DNA from: Octopus vulgaris
Lineage: Eukaryota
Length of the DNA: 64,000 bases
Assembly: GCA_951406725.2 (NCBI GenBank)
Contig: OX597815.1
Span: 74,462,001-74,526,000, forward strand
Direction of reading: 5' to 3'
The notes under the pieces are model-generated. The model made no database searches, had not been told where the DNA came from, and was given only the letters and a program-made list of their open reading frames with translations. Below, piece after piece: positions 1 through 13,429 of this stretch (position 1 is its first letter; each line of letters opens with the position of its first letter). The translations under genes were made by a program, and so were the position numbers.

Positions 1-2812
1 CAAAGCGCATCAGTCTGTTTAATAAGATTATGTCACTGATATTGAAACTAGAAAGTTATATTTAATTTTTTTTTGTTTTTACCTGGAAATTACATATTAT
101 CCAGAATTAAGAAGTAATGGTTATTAGAAGACATAAATGAACAAGAAAAAATTAGCAAACATAGTTTGGGACCTGCAGCAGGTTAGGTCAGTTTGACTGA
201 TAGAATTTTCTCTTCAGTTCTCCTTGCTTCCTCGTGCATATAGCAGCATGTATGAATATGTGTGTGTGAACATACATACATATGGATGTGTGTGTATGTG
301 TACACACATATATGTACTTGTACTGATGCATGTGTGCTAATTTGGATTACAAATCCATTATCTATAGAGTTTGCACAGCTGGCCTTGTCTGAATAAAAAA
401 CCTAAAATGAATAATTTTCTTTTTTTTATTGATAAAATATTAATGAAAACTGCAAAGAAAGCATTTGTTTTATTCTCCAAGGTGAGCAACATAACATATA
501 TATGGTAACTGAGAAGACTGTATTATACAATATCAGTTTTAAAATTTTATAACAATATCTAGAACATTAACACAGACTTGTATAAGGTGAGATATTGCTT
601 GTAAATGAAGTGCTACAGCATGTGATATTGGTGCAATTAATGTGAATCTTGAAGAACAAACTGATGGATACTGTGTGTGGGGAAGATGTGGCAGGGAAAT
701 TCTATCAACAGAACAGTGGGTTTTAAATGAGGATTGCATGTACAGTTTGTAATGTGGTCAGGTTAGAAAGTAAAGAAAAGCATTTTTAAGAGGTGAGAAA
801 GAGACAAGTGAGTACTACATACCTTTATGAAACAATATATGTCAAACTGACAAGTGTATAACCAGTAACAATAATAAAATGCAGGTGAAGAAATAAATTT
901 TTTAATATTCAGGTTATGATTTAATGCTATTGTTGAATGTGTACAGTCAGCTCTGCTTGAACAGACATTATAATGTAGTAGAATATACCCAAATGGTTTT
1001 GTATCCTCATACATATGTTATGTATTAGTTCGATGAGAGGCCACAATGTATACTTTACCATACAATGAGTACTATTTCATTGTTCAATCACAGTCTGAAG
1101 GCATATTGTTGTAAGATTTAGATCTTACATCACAAGGTTTCAATTTCTAAAAGAGAATGAAATTCATAGCTTGAAGTTGGGAGCTGACTATTGCTGTGGG
1201 CTACTAGAGATGAGATGAATACAACCAACAGCTCCTTCATTTCTAAAATTATGGCCAAATAGTTAAAAGAGTATTAAAATGATTTAACTTGTGTTTTAAG
1301 AATATGATTTCTTCAACACAACTTTTAAAAGGATAGTCCTAAGTAATTCTTGCCTGTATGTCAAGTTAACAATGCATTCAAATATTAGGAGAACAATATG
1401 TGCATCCATCAATAAAAAAAATACATTAGTTGCTATTTTGTTGTTGTTTTCTTGTCTATAAAGGAAAAAAAGTTTGCCATTAGTGCTCAGTAAAAGAAAG
1501 TGTGCAGCTTATATGCTCAGGCTAAAAAAAAACAAAAACAACAAAACAACCCTTTTATATTTGGTAAAAATTAATAGCTTTATGAATATCTTCTTTAAAA
1601 AGCAATTCGGGTGTCCTTATGCTTACATTTTACTTTGCAGCTTCAGAAATTATTTGATAATGAAAATAATTTTAGCTTAGCAATTTATACATATTATGAG
1701 TAAGTTCTCTGGACCAAGCACAAAATCATTTTTGAAAGGAAAGTAATGGAATTGAATCAACTGAATATTATGAATAGCAGTATATTATTGGTAATATATT
1801 TTATTGATTTCAGATCGATGAAAAGTAAAATCAATTTTGAACTCTAGATGTACAATGATGACACTAAGCAGTAAACATTCAGTCTGTTAACAAATCACCA
1901 CCGTATGGTATCTTTTCCAGTTTATACTTTTTCCTACAAGAGAAACAAAATAGAATTGGTTATCTCAAGAAGGGGCAACCAACTCTGGTTCAGCACATCT
2001 ACAAGTGATGAACTATGGGATGGCCCCAAGATATTAGGGGTACTTGCAAATATCAAATAAGCAAGTATGAATTGGCTGCAAGCCTATAAAGAGAATTGGT
2101 ACTTCTCTCCATCATTATAAAATAGCTCAAATTTCCCTAGGTGGGTCCATCTGATGAACCAGAGATACCAAATAATAATCTCTTAAGCTCTGATACCCTT
2201 TGCAGATCACCATGTGAGTAGAAAAGGCTCTTTCTGAGCTATCCTCTAGAACCCTATACAGACTTGCGGCGTTAGGAAGGGCATCCAGCCGTAGAAACAT
2301 TGCCAGATCAGACTGGGCCTGGTGCAGCCTTCTGGCTTCCCAGACCCCAGTTGAACCATCCAACCCATGCTAGCATGGAAAGCGGATGCTAAACGATGAT
2401 GATGATTCTCTCATTCCGTTGGAGTATGATCAAGAGAGGTTGCACAACAAACAACCATGTATTTCATATTACACCACCCAGGTGAAAGTAATATTATAGC
2501 TACAACAACATCCAATTAATAGAATGAACACTCCATCTGTACATAAATAGTATGGCACTGATATAGGAGTAGGAGTCACAAGTTAAAATCCTTGCCTGAA
2601 TTGACAGAAAAGGCATCATGGGTGGACTTTTTGGTTACATTGATCAGCTATCACCTGTTTCAAGTTGGGCAGCCCCCAGCTAGTAAGATGCTTATCTGTC
2701 ATGTCTGTTTCCTCCATAAAGTATATGGAGGAAGGTAGGCAACAGTTGAAATAAAGAAAAAAATCAACCCCTATACCAAAGTTCTTTGTACTGATATTAA
2801 AAATGAGACTTT

Positions 2813-3211
2813 AATCATCATTTCTTTAATGTCCAATTTTCTATGCTTGCAGAAGGTCTGACAGAAATTGAGACAGATTTTCAATGGCTGACTGCCTTCC
2901 TTGTTGCCAACTCTTATGTGTTTCCAAGCAAGGTAGTATTTCCTCATTGCCAGAGATGTTTTCCTGGAAGATTACAAACGAAGGACACTGTTTGTATGAT
3001 GGTGGCACTCATTATATGATGTCAAGACAAAGACCCCCCCCACACACACACACACATTAGAAATATGAGAGGCTCCTCTCAGTTTCCATCTATCAAATCC
3101 ACTCACAAGTCTATGATTGGTCCATAGCTATAGTAGAAGACATTTGCTCAAAGTGCCACTCAGGAGAACTGAACCTGAAACTACATGGCTGGGAAGCAAA
3201 CTCCTTAACCT
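2813..3211 (-). mobile_element. SINE family A, tail type 1
   Basis: Reverse-complement full copy with central (CA)n. Confidence 0.85.
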
Positions 3212-3857
3212 AAAAAATGACACTACCATTCAAACTGATATCATTCACCATTGATTAAAAGTGTGGGAGATTATATCAGCCTCTAGCTTGACCAACTATA
3301 AAAGGGTTGAATATTAAAAAAAAAAGAGAGAGAGAAACAAATAAACAAAATAACATTGAAAAAAAGCTTTAAGCAAAAGTAAATATAGTTAGGAACATAT
3401 TAGCATTATACTGATTGGCTAGACAACAATTAGAGCTAGACAACAATCAGTCACATTTCTCTTCTTTAGCTTTTTCCATATAGACAAATAACTAGAAAAT
3501 ATACAGATATCATGTATATATATATTTATATATGTATAAATATCTAAGCTCCATCCATTTTGACAGGTTGGTGGGAACTATGGATGAAAGCAACACAGAA
3601 GTGAGTTACAGTTGATATGAAGAACGCCTTGAGTTTTTCACAGCACAGTCAGGCAATTAATGAAGCCAATATAGTCGAACCAAAGCCATGCAGTTGGACG
3701 TTATGCAAGCCTGCTTTATTTACAGATAATAAACAAATTTAAGTGCTTCTTTCAATTTGTTAGGATCCGTTTTTTTTTCTTTTTTAAAAACTGGAGCCCA
3801 TGCGTGTCAAGGGTTTATATATATATTAAGCTCAGAGTAACTTTGGAACCGACTTAC

Positions 3858-3920
3858 AGCTTCTGTAGACATTCCTCTACTTCTGCTAAGGGTTGGGGCT
3901 TGTTCTGATACAGGAGTTGT
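3858..3920 (-). CDS. TOM1: Probable TOM1-family exon 6 (VHS-GAT linker)
   Basis: tttttgtgttattccag|ACA...GCT|gtaagt. 63 nt, phase 0-0, open frame TTPVSEQAPTLSRSRGMSTEA. Strong splice sites and S/T/P-rich linker composition, but no recognisable homology motif. Confidence 0.75.
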
Positions 3921-6029
3921 CTGGAATAACACAAAAAGCAGAACTGGAGAAACATTTGTAAACTAATATCAGGAAACCTGGCATCAGTAAGAGGTGGATA
4001 AAGGACAAATAATAATAATAATAATAACAACAACTTAAAAGATTTAAAAAAAAAAACATTTATTGATTCCTGACAATAAAAATCAAGTTTATATTGTTGG
4101 AGAAAAAAAAAAAAAGTAAGGTGCCACCAGCCCTGGTACTAAAAATAGAAGTACAGCAACAATCTGGAATAAGAAAGTCAGTTTAATTGAAAGAACAATT
4201 AATATATTGCAAGAAATAAAATTATCACTTTAATCTCAACTTTGTTACAATATTCTGCTCTTGGCACAAAATACATGGCACAAGCCATGTATTTTTTTTT
4301 TATATTAATTACTCAGAGGAAGAGGTGCAATGCTCATAACTATTGTGGGTGTTCTCAGACTATTGATAGATGTGAGCAGGAAAAAAACATGATGAGGAGA
4401 AAGTTCTAGAAGATTAATGCTATGACAAAGGATTAGGAAGAAGTGCTTAGGAGGATTAAAGAATGGGTAAGGACTGTACAAACGACAAGAGGAAGAGAGA
4501 AAGGTGTATCAGATTAGCCTAGCAGAGCACATAGACTTGTAGTAGTTGTAGAAGACGCAGAGACAAAACACTACATCTACTGTTGGTGGTTGTGGTATGT
4601 TAGTGAATGGAAGTTTGTCAAATAGATATAATGACATTTATGTCTTCATTCTGATCTAGAATTATTCTTTTTTGAATGTTTGGTTCAAAGCAAGGAGACT
4701 GAATGTCTATGGACAAGAGATATGAAAATGATGGTGAGTGACTCCACACCATTCAAAGGTATAGTGTCACTTCTGTTCTATATATGTGAGCTGTTTTCTA
4801 ATGTGGATGGGTCACATTTGAGTTTTACAGAAAATCAACAAATGGATCGGATCTGAAGTATTTTCGAGCCCTGAACATTTTCTAACCCTAAACATTGCAA
4901 TATAGATTTGGCAATGTTATGTGTCAGGTCACTATATCAGATGGTCAGATATTGTGAGGCCTAATATTTATAGTACTTTAACTGCATGTTGTTCATGGCC
5001 TAGCAGATTAGAGTGTTGCACTCATGATTACTAGATTTTGGTTTCAATTCCTGGACTTAGCAGTGCATTATATTCTAGAGCAAAATCACTCCATTTCTCT
5101 TTGCCTCAGTTCACTGCAACAGACTGGTGTCCCATTTAGGAAGATTGTTGTGACCTTGATCACTTATATGCCACAGAAACCAGATAGTCAGTCCTATGAG
5201 TCCTAAGAGTCAAGACAGTAATATCCAGAGACTGATGATTATGGTCATATATGTAATGGAAGTTCCACAAGATATAGTTTCCTTGAGATGTGTAGTGACA
5301 GTGCCCTACTTCTAAAGATGGTGACTTGATTGTCAGGTCCTCATTAGAGGATGTTTTGTGGTTTCTACTACAAAACAAAACCAAAAAAAAAAAAAGACAG
5401 TGCAATTCTAATGTGAAGTGTTTAGGCCATGGGTGGAAGATAAAGGGAGAAAAGAAGACATCTTCTTCATATATAGAACATGTTGTTACTGTACTGAATG
5501 GTTCGCAATTGTACTTAAGGGCATGTCATCATATATATGGATTAGTTAAGTATGAGCTCTCAAAATGTGAGTAGTTAAATTTAATACTTGAGTTATTAAA
5601 CTAGTATAAAATACACATATAAATTTAAACTGAAATACAAATAATTTTATAAATACCTATATTTATAAAAAAAAATACTTTTGAAACATTAGTTTGAAAA
5701 TTATTTTCTTTCAAATGGTAATTCTTAAACTGTATGTTCCCCCCAAAATGCATCTCAAACAAACTCTTTTCTGAAAATCAATTTTTCAACTATTATTTTT
5801 CCGTGTCTATGAACATTACATATTTGCAAGTGATGTTGGGCAAAAACAGCTTAATGTTTTGTGAACAAAAATGTGTCAAGGTTTATTTGTTTGTTTAAAA
5901 TACATGCTTGAAACATATTCAGTTTAATTGTAATGTAAAAGTGGAGTTATAAATAACTCTAGATCTTATCCAATCATGACAACTGAGCAATTACAGTTTT
6001 AAACTTCATGCTACCTTCAGGTAAATGAA

Positions 6030-6036
6030 AGGGAGG

Positions 6037-6075
<39 letters not shown>

Positions 6076-6130
6076 GTGTGTGTGTGTGTGTGTGTGTGCG
6101 CACACATATGAATGTGTATGTATGTATGTG
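6030..6130. repeat. Compound microsatellite (GA)n(TG)n
   Basis: Read directly from the sequence. Confidence 0.95.
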
Positions 6131-9047
6131 TGCTAGTGGGCAACATGTCTTGTGCCTGGTTAGAAGTTTCAATACTACTATACAGCAAAACTAAAATATA
6201 TTTTAAATATATAGTTTTTGCATATGAAACTCAGTAAGTTACTCTACATTACAATATAGTGACCCCACATAACTAAACAGGCAGCTAAGAGTGAATCAAT
6301 GAGACAGGAAACTAGCATCACTATGAGTCTACTAACAGCAAGGGGAATTTCTTCTGAGCTTCTACTCAATAACAATTGATATTTATGGTGAAGACTAGGG
6401 TTTAGTTACAATGGTTTAGGTATTTTTTAAAAAACTTTTGTTCAGGAAAGAGGAAAATATCTTCAAATCATAACCATGGCTTCAATTCTAGCAACAGAGT
6501 GGAGTCTGCTAAAGGCAGCCAAGGTACCAGGTGGTGCTGTTAAACTGAGTGATGGATTAAGCCTACCACTCATGAAGGCCATGATGGGATTTGAAATGAG
6601 AATACAAGGAGCTGGGACAATCATCATATCATCATCATTTAACATCTGTTTTCCATGTTGGCATGGGTTGGACAGTTGAAGGGGCTGGAAAGTCAGAAGA
6701 CTGCACCAAACTCTACTGTCTGCTTTGGCATGGTTTCCACAGCTGGATACACTTCCTAATGCCAACCACTTTACCAAGTGCACTGGGCACCAGCAATAGT
6801 GAGGCTACTAAGTAACTTGAAAGACAAGACTCCCCAACTGAAGAGTTTTGGGCATCCAGTCCAACATTCTTATGATTTCACCAATCCACTGCCCTAGGAG
6901 GGTGAAAAATAAAGATGATCTCAGCAAGATTAGATCTTAAGAAGCAAAGTGTCAGAAAAAAATACTACAAGTTATTATACCTGGCACTCTAAAGATACAG
7001 CCAATTCAATGTAAACTCAAGAAGTAAAAAAAAACATCAACAAAGAAATTTGTATCAATTACTGGCAAGCAACAGAGTGGACAGAATTAACTGTTACTTT
7101 AAACTGAGAAATTAAATTGCACTATGAAAGACTTTGCTGAAATTTAGACTAAAGATTACAGTTTTAGACTAAGATAGGTTGAGAAATAAATGTTATATGA
7201 ATTGTCTCGGTGATCATTTTCTGTTTTCTGCCCCCCACCCAATACAAATTCAATTGCATAGAGAGCAGGTTGATACTCTGACACCAAACACAAATCAGAA
7301 GAAAGATCATGATGAAAGCATGAATAATGGCTATATCTATAGGTGTGATGTTATAGTTGCTGAATATAATGTGTATATATACAGTATTTTCTCTTGTTTA
7401 TTATAAAATACTGGTAAATATGAAGAAGCCTTATTGAATCTGAATGAATAAGCAAAAGGCTGTGACAGGTATGATAACATCATCTCTAATAAATTGGATT
7501 TTTTCAAGATGTCAGTCATCAGAATGTACCTGGTAATGATCAAATACAGATATCTATTTGTTGGTGAGACATGTATTTATAGCTAAGCTGAACAATATTA
7601 ATCAAATGTTAACTCAATGTATTGTTGTATACTATTAAAACAAAAATAAACCCTTCCCTGCAATTGATCATATAAAGTAGAGTTCTTGTAGATGCTGAGG
7701 AATTTTATGTGCTTTTGATATCCTTAATCATTAAGGGCTTCTAAACTGCAATCCTAATTTCAGTCATACACACACATACAGACACGCTTCAGCATCATCA
7801 TCATCTTTCAATGTTCATCTTCTATGCTAGCATGGGTTGGATCTGACAGGTTGTAGGACAACATCATGTTTCCATGTTTGCTTTGTCATGGCTTCTATGA
7901 CAGCATGCCCTTCCTAGCAACTTGCCTGGTGACCTGTGAATGCACAGCTGAAACTCTAGAGTAACAAGAGACTGACTTGGCCAAAATATCTATCTATCTA
8001 ATATATATATATATTTCTAAGTGTGTGGATAATAATACTGTCCCAGTATAAAAAATACTAAGAACTGAATTCATCATCTGTTTGATGAATCTAACATATC
8101 TTTTAATTATTATCACTCCTGTTGTAACTCTTTCTGCTCTTGAAAGCTATTATGAATTTAACATTAAGAAAATGATCTAACTGTATCTGTGAGTGAAAAT
8201 AAACCAAGTGTTAGCTTGAAAATGATGGTAACCATGTTCATATTCTGTAGTCTGAAACCTTGTAAATAATACAATACTGCTGTAAATGAAGAGTAGTGGA
8301 TCAGTATACAGAAACACACAAAGCAACAGAAAATAAGGAATAATGGTTAACTGGGTTTAGCAGCCAGAACAAAACAATTATTTCATAATAGATATGATCG
8401 AAATGTAATGATTAAACCCCTCCAAATCTGTACCTGTATTGAGATATTTTAATCGTTTGCATTGTGATGAAGAAATAGGTTGGTGCTATGGCATCAGACA
8501 CTAATCAGAAGAAAGACCATGATGAAAATATAACTTATGACTACAATGATAGATATAATAGTATAGCTGTTAGTTGTTGAATATAACACATGCACATATA
8601 CACAATGTTTTTTGTATTATATAATAATGGTAAGCATGAAGAAGCCTTAATGAATAGGCAAAAGGCTGTGACAGGTATGATATCATCAAAATAGAAGATT
8701 GAAATATCTCAAAAAGTTTCATAACATTTCAGATATTACAAAATATTACAAATATTTTAAATTTTTATTTTCATTAATATAATATTTTTTTCATATGTTT
8801 ATCAAAGGGACTGGCCTTGTTGAATGCATAATGGAGCTGTCAACTATTTCTGTTACAAAAGAATTAGTAAGAGAGTTAAGTGTAATGGGTAAAGGAATAA
8901 TAAATTGTAACCTGCAAGAAATCTGAAATAGCAACAAAAACAAAAAAACAAATAAAATAAAAACCCAATAAAGTTGCATTTAAAACTATGTTGAATAGGA
9001 TGCCAAAATGATTGGGGTGAGCAGTGACAGAATTGTTTGCAACTTAC

Positions 9048-9182
9048 TCTGGCAGGTGTATGAATAGGTGCCAATTTATCTAAATCAGTCATAGGAAATT
9101 CAATGCCTTTTCCTTTCAAGTCCTGGTACACTTTCTCCACCTCTTTCAGCTCTGCTGAACCATGGAAGGCATCTGCCCAAGT
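9048..9182 (-). CDS. TOM1: TOM1-family exon 5 (end of VHS domain)
   Basis: ttcttttccag|ACT...AGA|gtaagt. 135 nt, phase 0-0. Encodes [45 protein letters not shown]; [13 protein letters not shown] is diagnostic of TOM1/TOM1L2. Confidence 0.97.
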
Positions 9183-9308
9183 CTGGAAAAGAAAATATTG
9201 GTAAAAAAACTGATAAGAGTCACTCACAGACTTATCCACCATCAATTTCTCTCCATAACAATAAAGAATAAATAAAAAAAATTTAATGCTAAAATGATAA
9301 CAAATAAC

Positions 9309-9640
9309 TGCAGGCATGGCTGTGTGGTTAAGAAGCTTACTTCCCAACCATATGACTTTGGGCTCATTCCCTCTGTATAGCACCTTAGGCAAATGTCTTC
9401 TACTTTGATTCTAGACCCATGAAAGCCTTGTGAATGGATTTAGGAGACAGAAATTGAAAGAAGCCTGTTGTATATGTACATGAGTGTTTGTTGTTCATTT
9501 CCTGTCTTCTAGGGTGAAATATTATCTTGCTTGGGATTGAGTGAGAGTTGACTAAGGAAGGGCATCAAGGTGTAGAAAATCTGGCTCAACCCATTCTGCT
9601 TGGACCATGAAAACATGGAAAAGTGGATGTTAAATCATTA
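9309..9640 (+). mobile_element. SINE family A, tail type 1 (RTE-like 3' end)
   Basis: Same tRNA-like head; ends AGGAAGGGCATC...CATGGAAAAGTGGATGTTAAA like the RTE tail. Confidence 0.85.
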
Positions 9641-10059
9641 TTATTGTTGTTGTTGTTGTTGTTATTATTATTATTTGTTTTCTCACTAAATCTGCTTTGA
9701 ATAAGCATTCACATTTTCTACAGAATTAACTGATTGAGATATCATCATCATCATCATCGTTATGCAACAAAATACAAAGCTAATGTATTTTAGGTATCTT
9801 CAAACACAATAATCTATTTTACAAACAATAGAGGATAAAAGCAAATATTTAAAAAACAAAAACAATGTAGATGACTGCCTAGCCAAGTTTGAAATCAGCT
9901 GGATCTCTATTTTCCCCCAATACAATATGAATTTTAAAATTTAAACACACAGTTCATTATGAAGTAATCAGAGCCATCACTTGAAAATGAGTAAAATGTG
10001 GAAGCATGTAACAGTTTTTCATTAACACCTGCCCACAACAGAACTGATATCCTAAAACC

Positions 10060-10445
10060 AGGGTGCTATGTAAAAAGCACTGGCGCTAATGCCATATAAA
10101 AAGCAATGGTGCTGGTGCTGCATTAAAAGCACTGGTGATGGTGCTACATTAAAAGCACTGGTGATGGTGCCATGTAAAAAGCACTGATGCTGATGCCACA
10201 TAAAAAGTAATGATGCTGGTGTCATGTTAAAAGCACTAGTGATGGTGCCATGTTAAAAGCACTGGTGATGGTGTCACATAAAAAGCAACTAGTACACTCT
10301 GTAAAATGGTTCATGTTAGGATGGGTATCTAGCTGTAGAAATCAAGTCAAAAACAGACTATGGAACCTGGTGTGGTCCCTGGCCTTGCCAGCTCCTGTCA
10401 AACCATCCAACCCATGCCCATATGGAAAATGGATGTTAAATGATG
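10060..10445 (+). mobile_element. RTE 3' UTR with about 27-bp minisatellite plus tail
   Basis: About 8 units of GGTGCCAYATAAAAAGCACTGGTGMT-like sequence running into the RTE tail. Confidence 0.8.
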
Positions 10446-10964
10446 TTTAAGGTGCCTATGTAATTGAAGGTACTTATGTAATCATGAGCAGACATAATCA
10501 TGCTCTCAGCCTTTCCACCCCCATAACCTTGTTGGAATGTTGAGGATGCAACAACTAGAGAGGAAGGGCTGTACCAGTACTAGGCTGGTGATCATTCTCA
10601 GCTAAATAAATGGGAGTAACATGAAATGAAGTATCTTGCTTGAGGATTCAATGCTAGTGGTTGCTGCTGTTGTTTATTTAACTCTATGTAAACTCTGAAT
10701 GAGATCTATGATGAAAGGCTTTCTAATCATAATCATCCCTTCCATAGATCTCCATCCTGTTCAGGAATTGAACTTATCATCTAACACTCTAACCTATCAG
10801 CCTTGCTTTTGAATAATATTTGATCAACAGAGGTGGATAGGCAAGAGAGCAGGCATAAATACTTAACACTTTTTTAACTCAATGATCCATTTTCCTTAAT
10901 TTATATTTGGCTAGAAATAATTTTTAGCTTTCATTCTGCCACAAAATATGTACCAAACAGTTTG

Positions 10965-11330
10965 AGAGCCCCATGTGGTAACCTGAACTACTAGAAAAAA
11001 CAACCAAATCACAATAAAATCATACCCCCAATGTCTTAAGAAAAAAGCAAGTTGAAAACAAAAAAATACATTGAATTCCTACATAAAATATGTACCAACC
11101 ATTTGGGGAGTCCCTATGTAGTCACTTGACTTGCGAGAAAGAGCAACCAAATCACAATCAGATTATACCCCAGTATCATAAGAAAAATAAAACAAAACTA
11201 AAAAATCCAAAAGAGACATGGGATAATGTAGTTCTAGGAACTCTGAAAAACAGATGGGATGACCGTGACTGGGAAGCCTTTCATCAAAGGTCTCATTCAA
11301 AGCTAACCTGGGGTTAAACAACACCAACAA
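10965..11330 (+). repeat. Interspersed repeat (two tandem copies), unclassified
   Basis: CTAGAAATAGCAGCCAAATC...GGATAATGTAGTCCTAG...GGGGCTAAACAAC-like motif recurring at about 49400-49585, 56375-56900 (split by a MITE) and inverted at about 10660-10745. Confidence 0.7.
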
Positions 11331-12142
11331 TCACTAGTAATAATATACTGGTTTTGAAATAAATGTAGTAATAGCCTGTAATCTTTCCAAAGAGTGAAAG
11401 ATAAAAGAGACCAAGTATTAGGATTGCATGTCTGAATTTGGTTCTAGTGAATCTCTATTGATGCATAAATGTTATTGGAAAGCAAATTTTTAGAAAGAGT
11501 CTGCAATGGCAGTTACAAATTTCTTCCTAGTTCACACTGGCATTTGAAAGAGGTAAAACATCTAACATAGGCACAGGTATGGCTGTGTGGTAACAAACAC
11601 GCTTTCAAACCATGTGATTTGGGGTTCAGTCCCATTGCTTGGTACTTTGGTCAGGTGTTTTGTGCTTATCATCATTTAATGTTCACTTTGCATGAGTGAA
11701 TGAATGAGCCTGTCTGATTACCTACTTAAATAAAAGGTGTGTGTAAGTTTAGTAGAGTAAATATTTATTATGTCAACATATGAATTTTATTTTATGAATT
11801 TGTGACAGATGGTGCCCCCAAAACAGGTATTTTATGAAAAAAAAACAAGCAAAATATTATCAATAATTAGAATGGTGCTTGTTTACAACTACCTCAATTA
11901 ATTTATTACAGATATAAATAGATAAATAAAAGTAATTGTTTTCTTTCTCAAAGCATTTATCAAAACTAATTATCTACACAGATCTGTTGCAGGACCATAG
12001 CTGTCACTTGCAAATGAGTATGACTTAGCAGTATGAATCATACATTGACTGGTTATTTTAGGTCTCTATGTAGTCATGAGCAGAAATGGACACTCACTTG
12101 CTCATTCCCACCTACTTGATTCAGCAGAACATTGACAATGTG

Positions 12143-12360
12143 ACAGTTAGAGGGACAAAGGCCATCATTAGAACACAGCTAGAGGGACTGACAAAGAGCA
12201 TCACTAGCACACAGCGAGAGGGACAGATGAAGGACATCACTAGCACAACTAGAGGGACTGACGAAGGGCATCACTTGCACGCAGCTAGAGGAACAGATGA
12301 AGGATATCACTCACACACAGCTAGAAAAACAGACGAAAGGCATCACTAGCATACAGTTAG
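12143..12360 (+). repeat. About 34-bp minisatellite, about 6 degenerate units
   Basis: Units like ACAGCTAGAGGGACTGACGAAGGGCATCACTAGC placed head-to-tail with no unique spacers, adjoining a family-C SINE. Confidence 0.85.
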
Positions 12361-13212
12361 TACTCATTAACAGTTTAACAGACTGGAACAATGTGAAAAG
12401 AAGTGCCTTGTTTAAGGACATGGCATGTTGCCTTGTATAGGAATTGAACCCACAATCTGATAACTGTCAGCCCAACACCATAACCATCACAAGGCAGGTA
12501 CAATGCCAAAAACAAAACAATAAGTAAAAATATAAGTGCAGGCATGGCTGTGTCGTTAAGAAGCTTACTTTGCAAACTGTGGTTCATGTTCAGCCCCACT
12601 GTATATCTTGGGCATGCGTCTTCTACTAAAGCCCTGAGGCAACTAAAGTCTTGTGAATTAATTTTGTTGATGGAAACTGTGTGGAAGTCTGTTGTATATA
12701 TAAATTTAATCTGTCAACAGGTTTAACGCTACCACCTGGTCTCTGGACACCTTGAGCACAAAATTTCCCTTTGTTGTAAGAATTTGGTCTAGGTCTCCAG
12801 TTTCAGGCAAACTTTCTCCCTTCTCTCCTACTAGTCTTGTAGGTCCTGCAAAGGGTCACAAGCAATCCCCTCCCTTCTAACCAAAAAGAAAAAACAAGTG
12901 ATAACCCAGTTCTGTATTTCTGAACAACTGATGATATAGTTAGAGCTGTATCTACTTTACTCCCGCCCCAATACATACACATACACACATGTGCAGAGGT
13001 GTCAGCTACACACGTGTTTATATACCAAACCAAAGAGCTGATAGTTTGTATCATCAGTACAGCAACTGATGACTAAGCCACTTAAACACTCAAAGCCCTG
13101 TTCACTTATCAATGTAAACAGGCATCACAAATTTGCTAAATCATCAGTATACTGAATTTTTCTGTTTTCATGTTGTCTTTATGTACTGGTGGTGTTAATG
13201 GTTGATATAATA

Positions 13213-13425
13213 ATTCTTTCTGCTATAAGCACAAGGCCTGAAATTTTGGTGGGAGGGAGCAAGTCAATTAATTCAACTCCAGTATGCAACTGGTACTTAT
13301 TTCACTGACCCTGACAGGATGAAAGGCAAAAACTGACCTCAGTGGTATTTAAACTCAGAAATGTAAAGTCCGAGGGAAAATGCTGCTAAGTATTTTGTCC
13401 AATGTGCTAACAACTCAGCCAGCTT
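13213..13425 (-). mobile_element. Family-B SINE
   Basis: Reverse-complement core CTGGTACTTATTT...GGATGAAAGGCAAA. Other copies at about 28637-28840(-), 28863-29000(-), 32025-32210(-), 34712-34880(-), 53728-53850(+). Confidence 0.8.
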
Positions 13426-13429
13426 GCCA

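Noticed and set aside
7419-7470. SECIS-like motif (ATGA...hairpin...TGA) in the duplicated block
   Set aside because: The helix is too short for SECIS helix II, it is intronic and antisense to the host gene, and no selenoprotein ORF is nearby.
8853-9392. 179-aa ORF as a standalone gene
   Set aside because: Only 9048-9182 is coding (TOM1 exon with splice sites); the remainder is SINE and intron read-through. The same applies to ORF 17489-17782.
12143-12360. CRISPR-like array of about 34-bp repeats
   Set aside because: Units are contiguous and degenerate with no unique spacers, there are no cas genes, and the context is a eukaryotic intron. It is a minisatellite.
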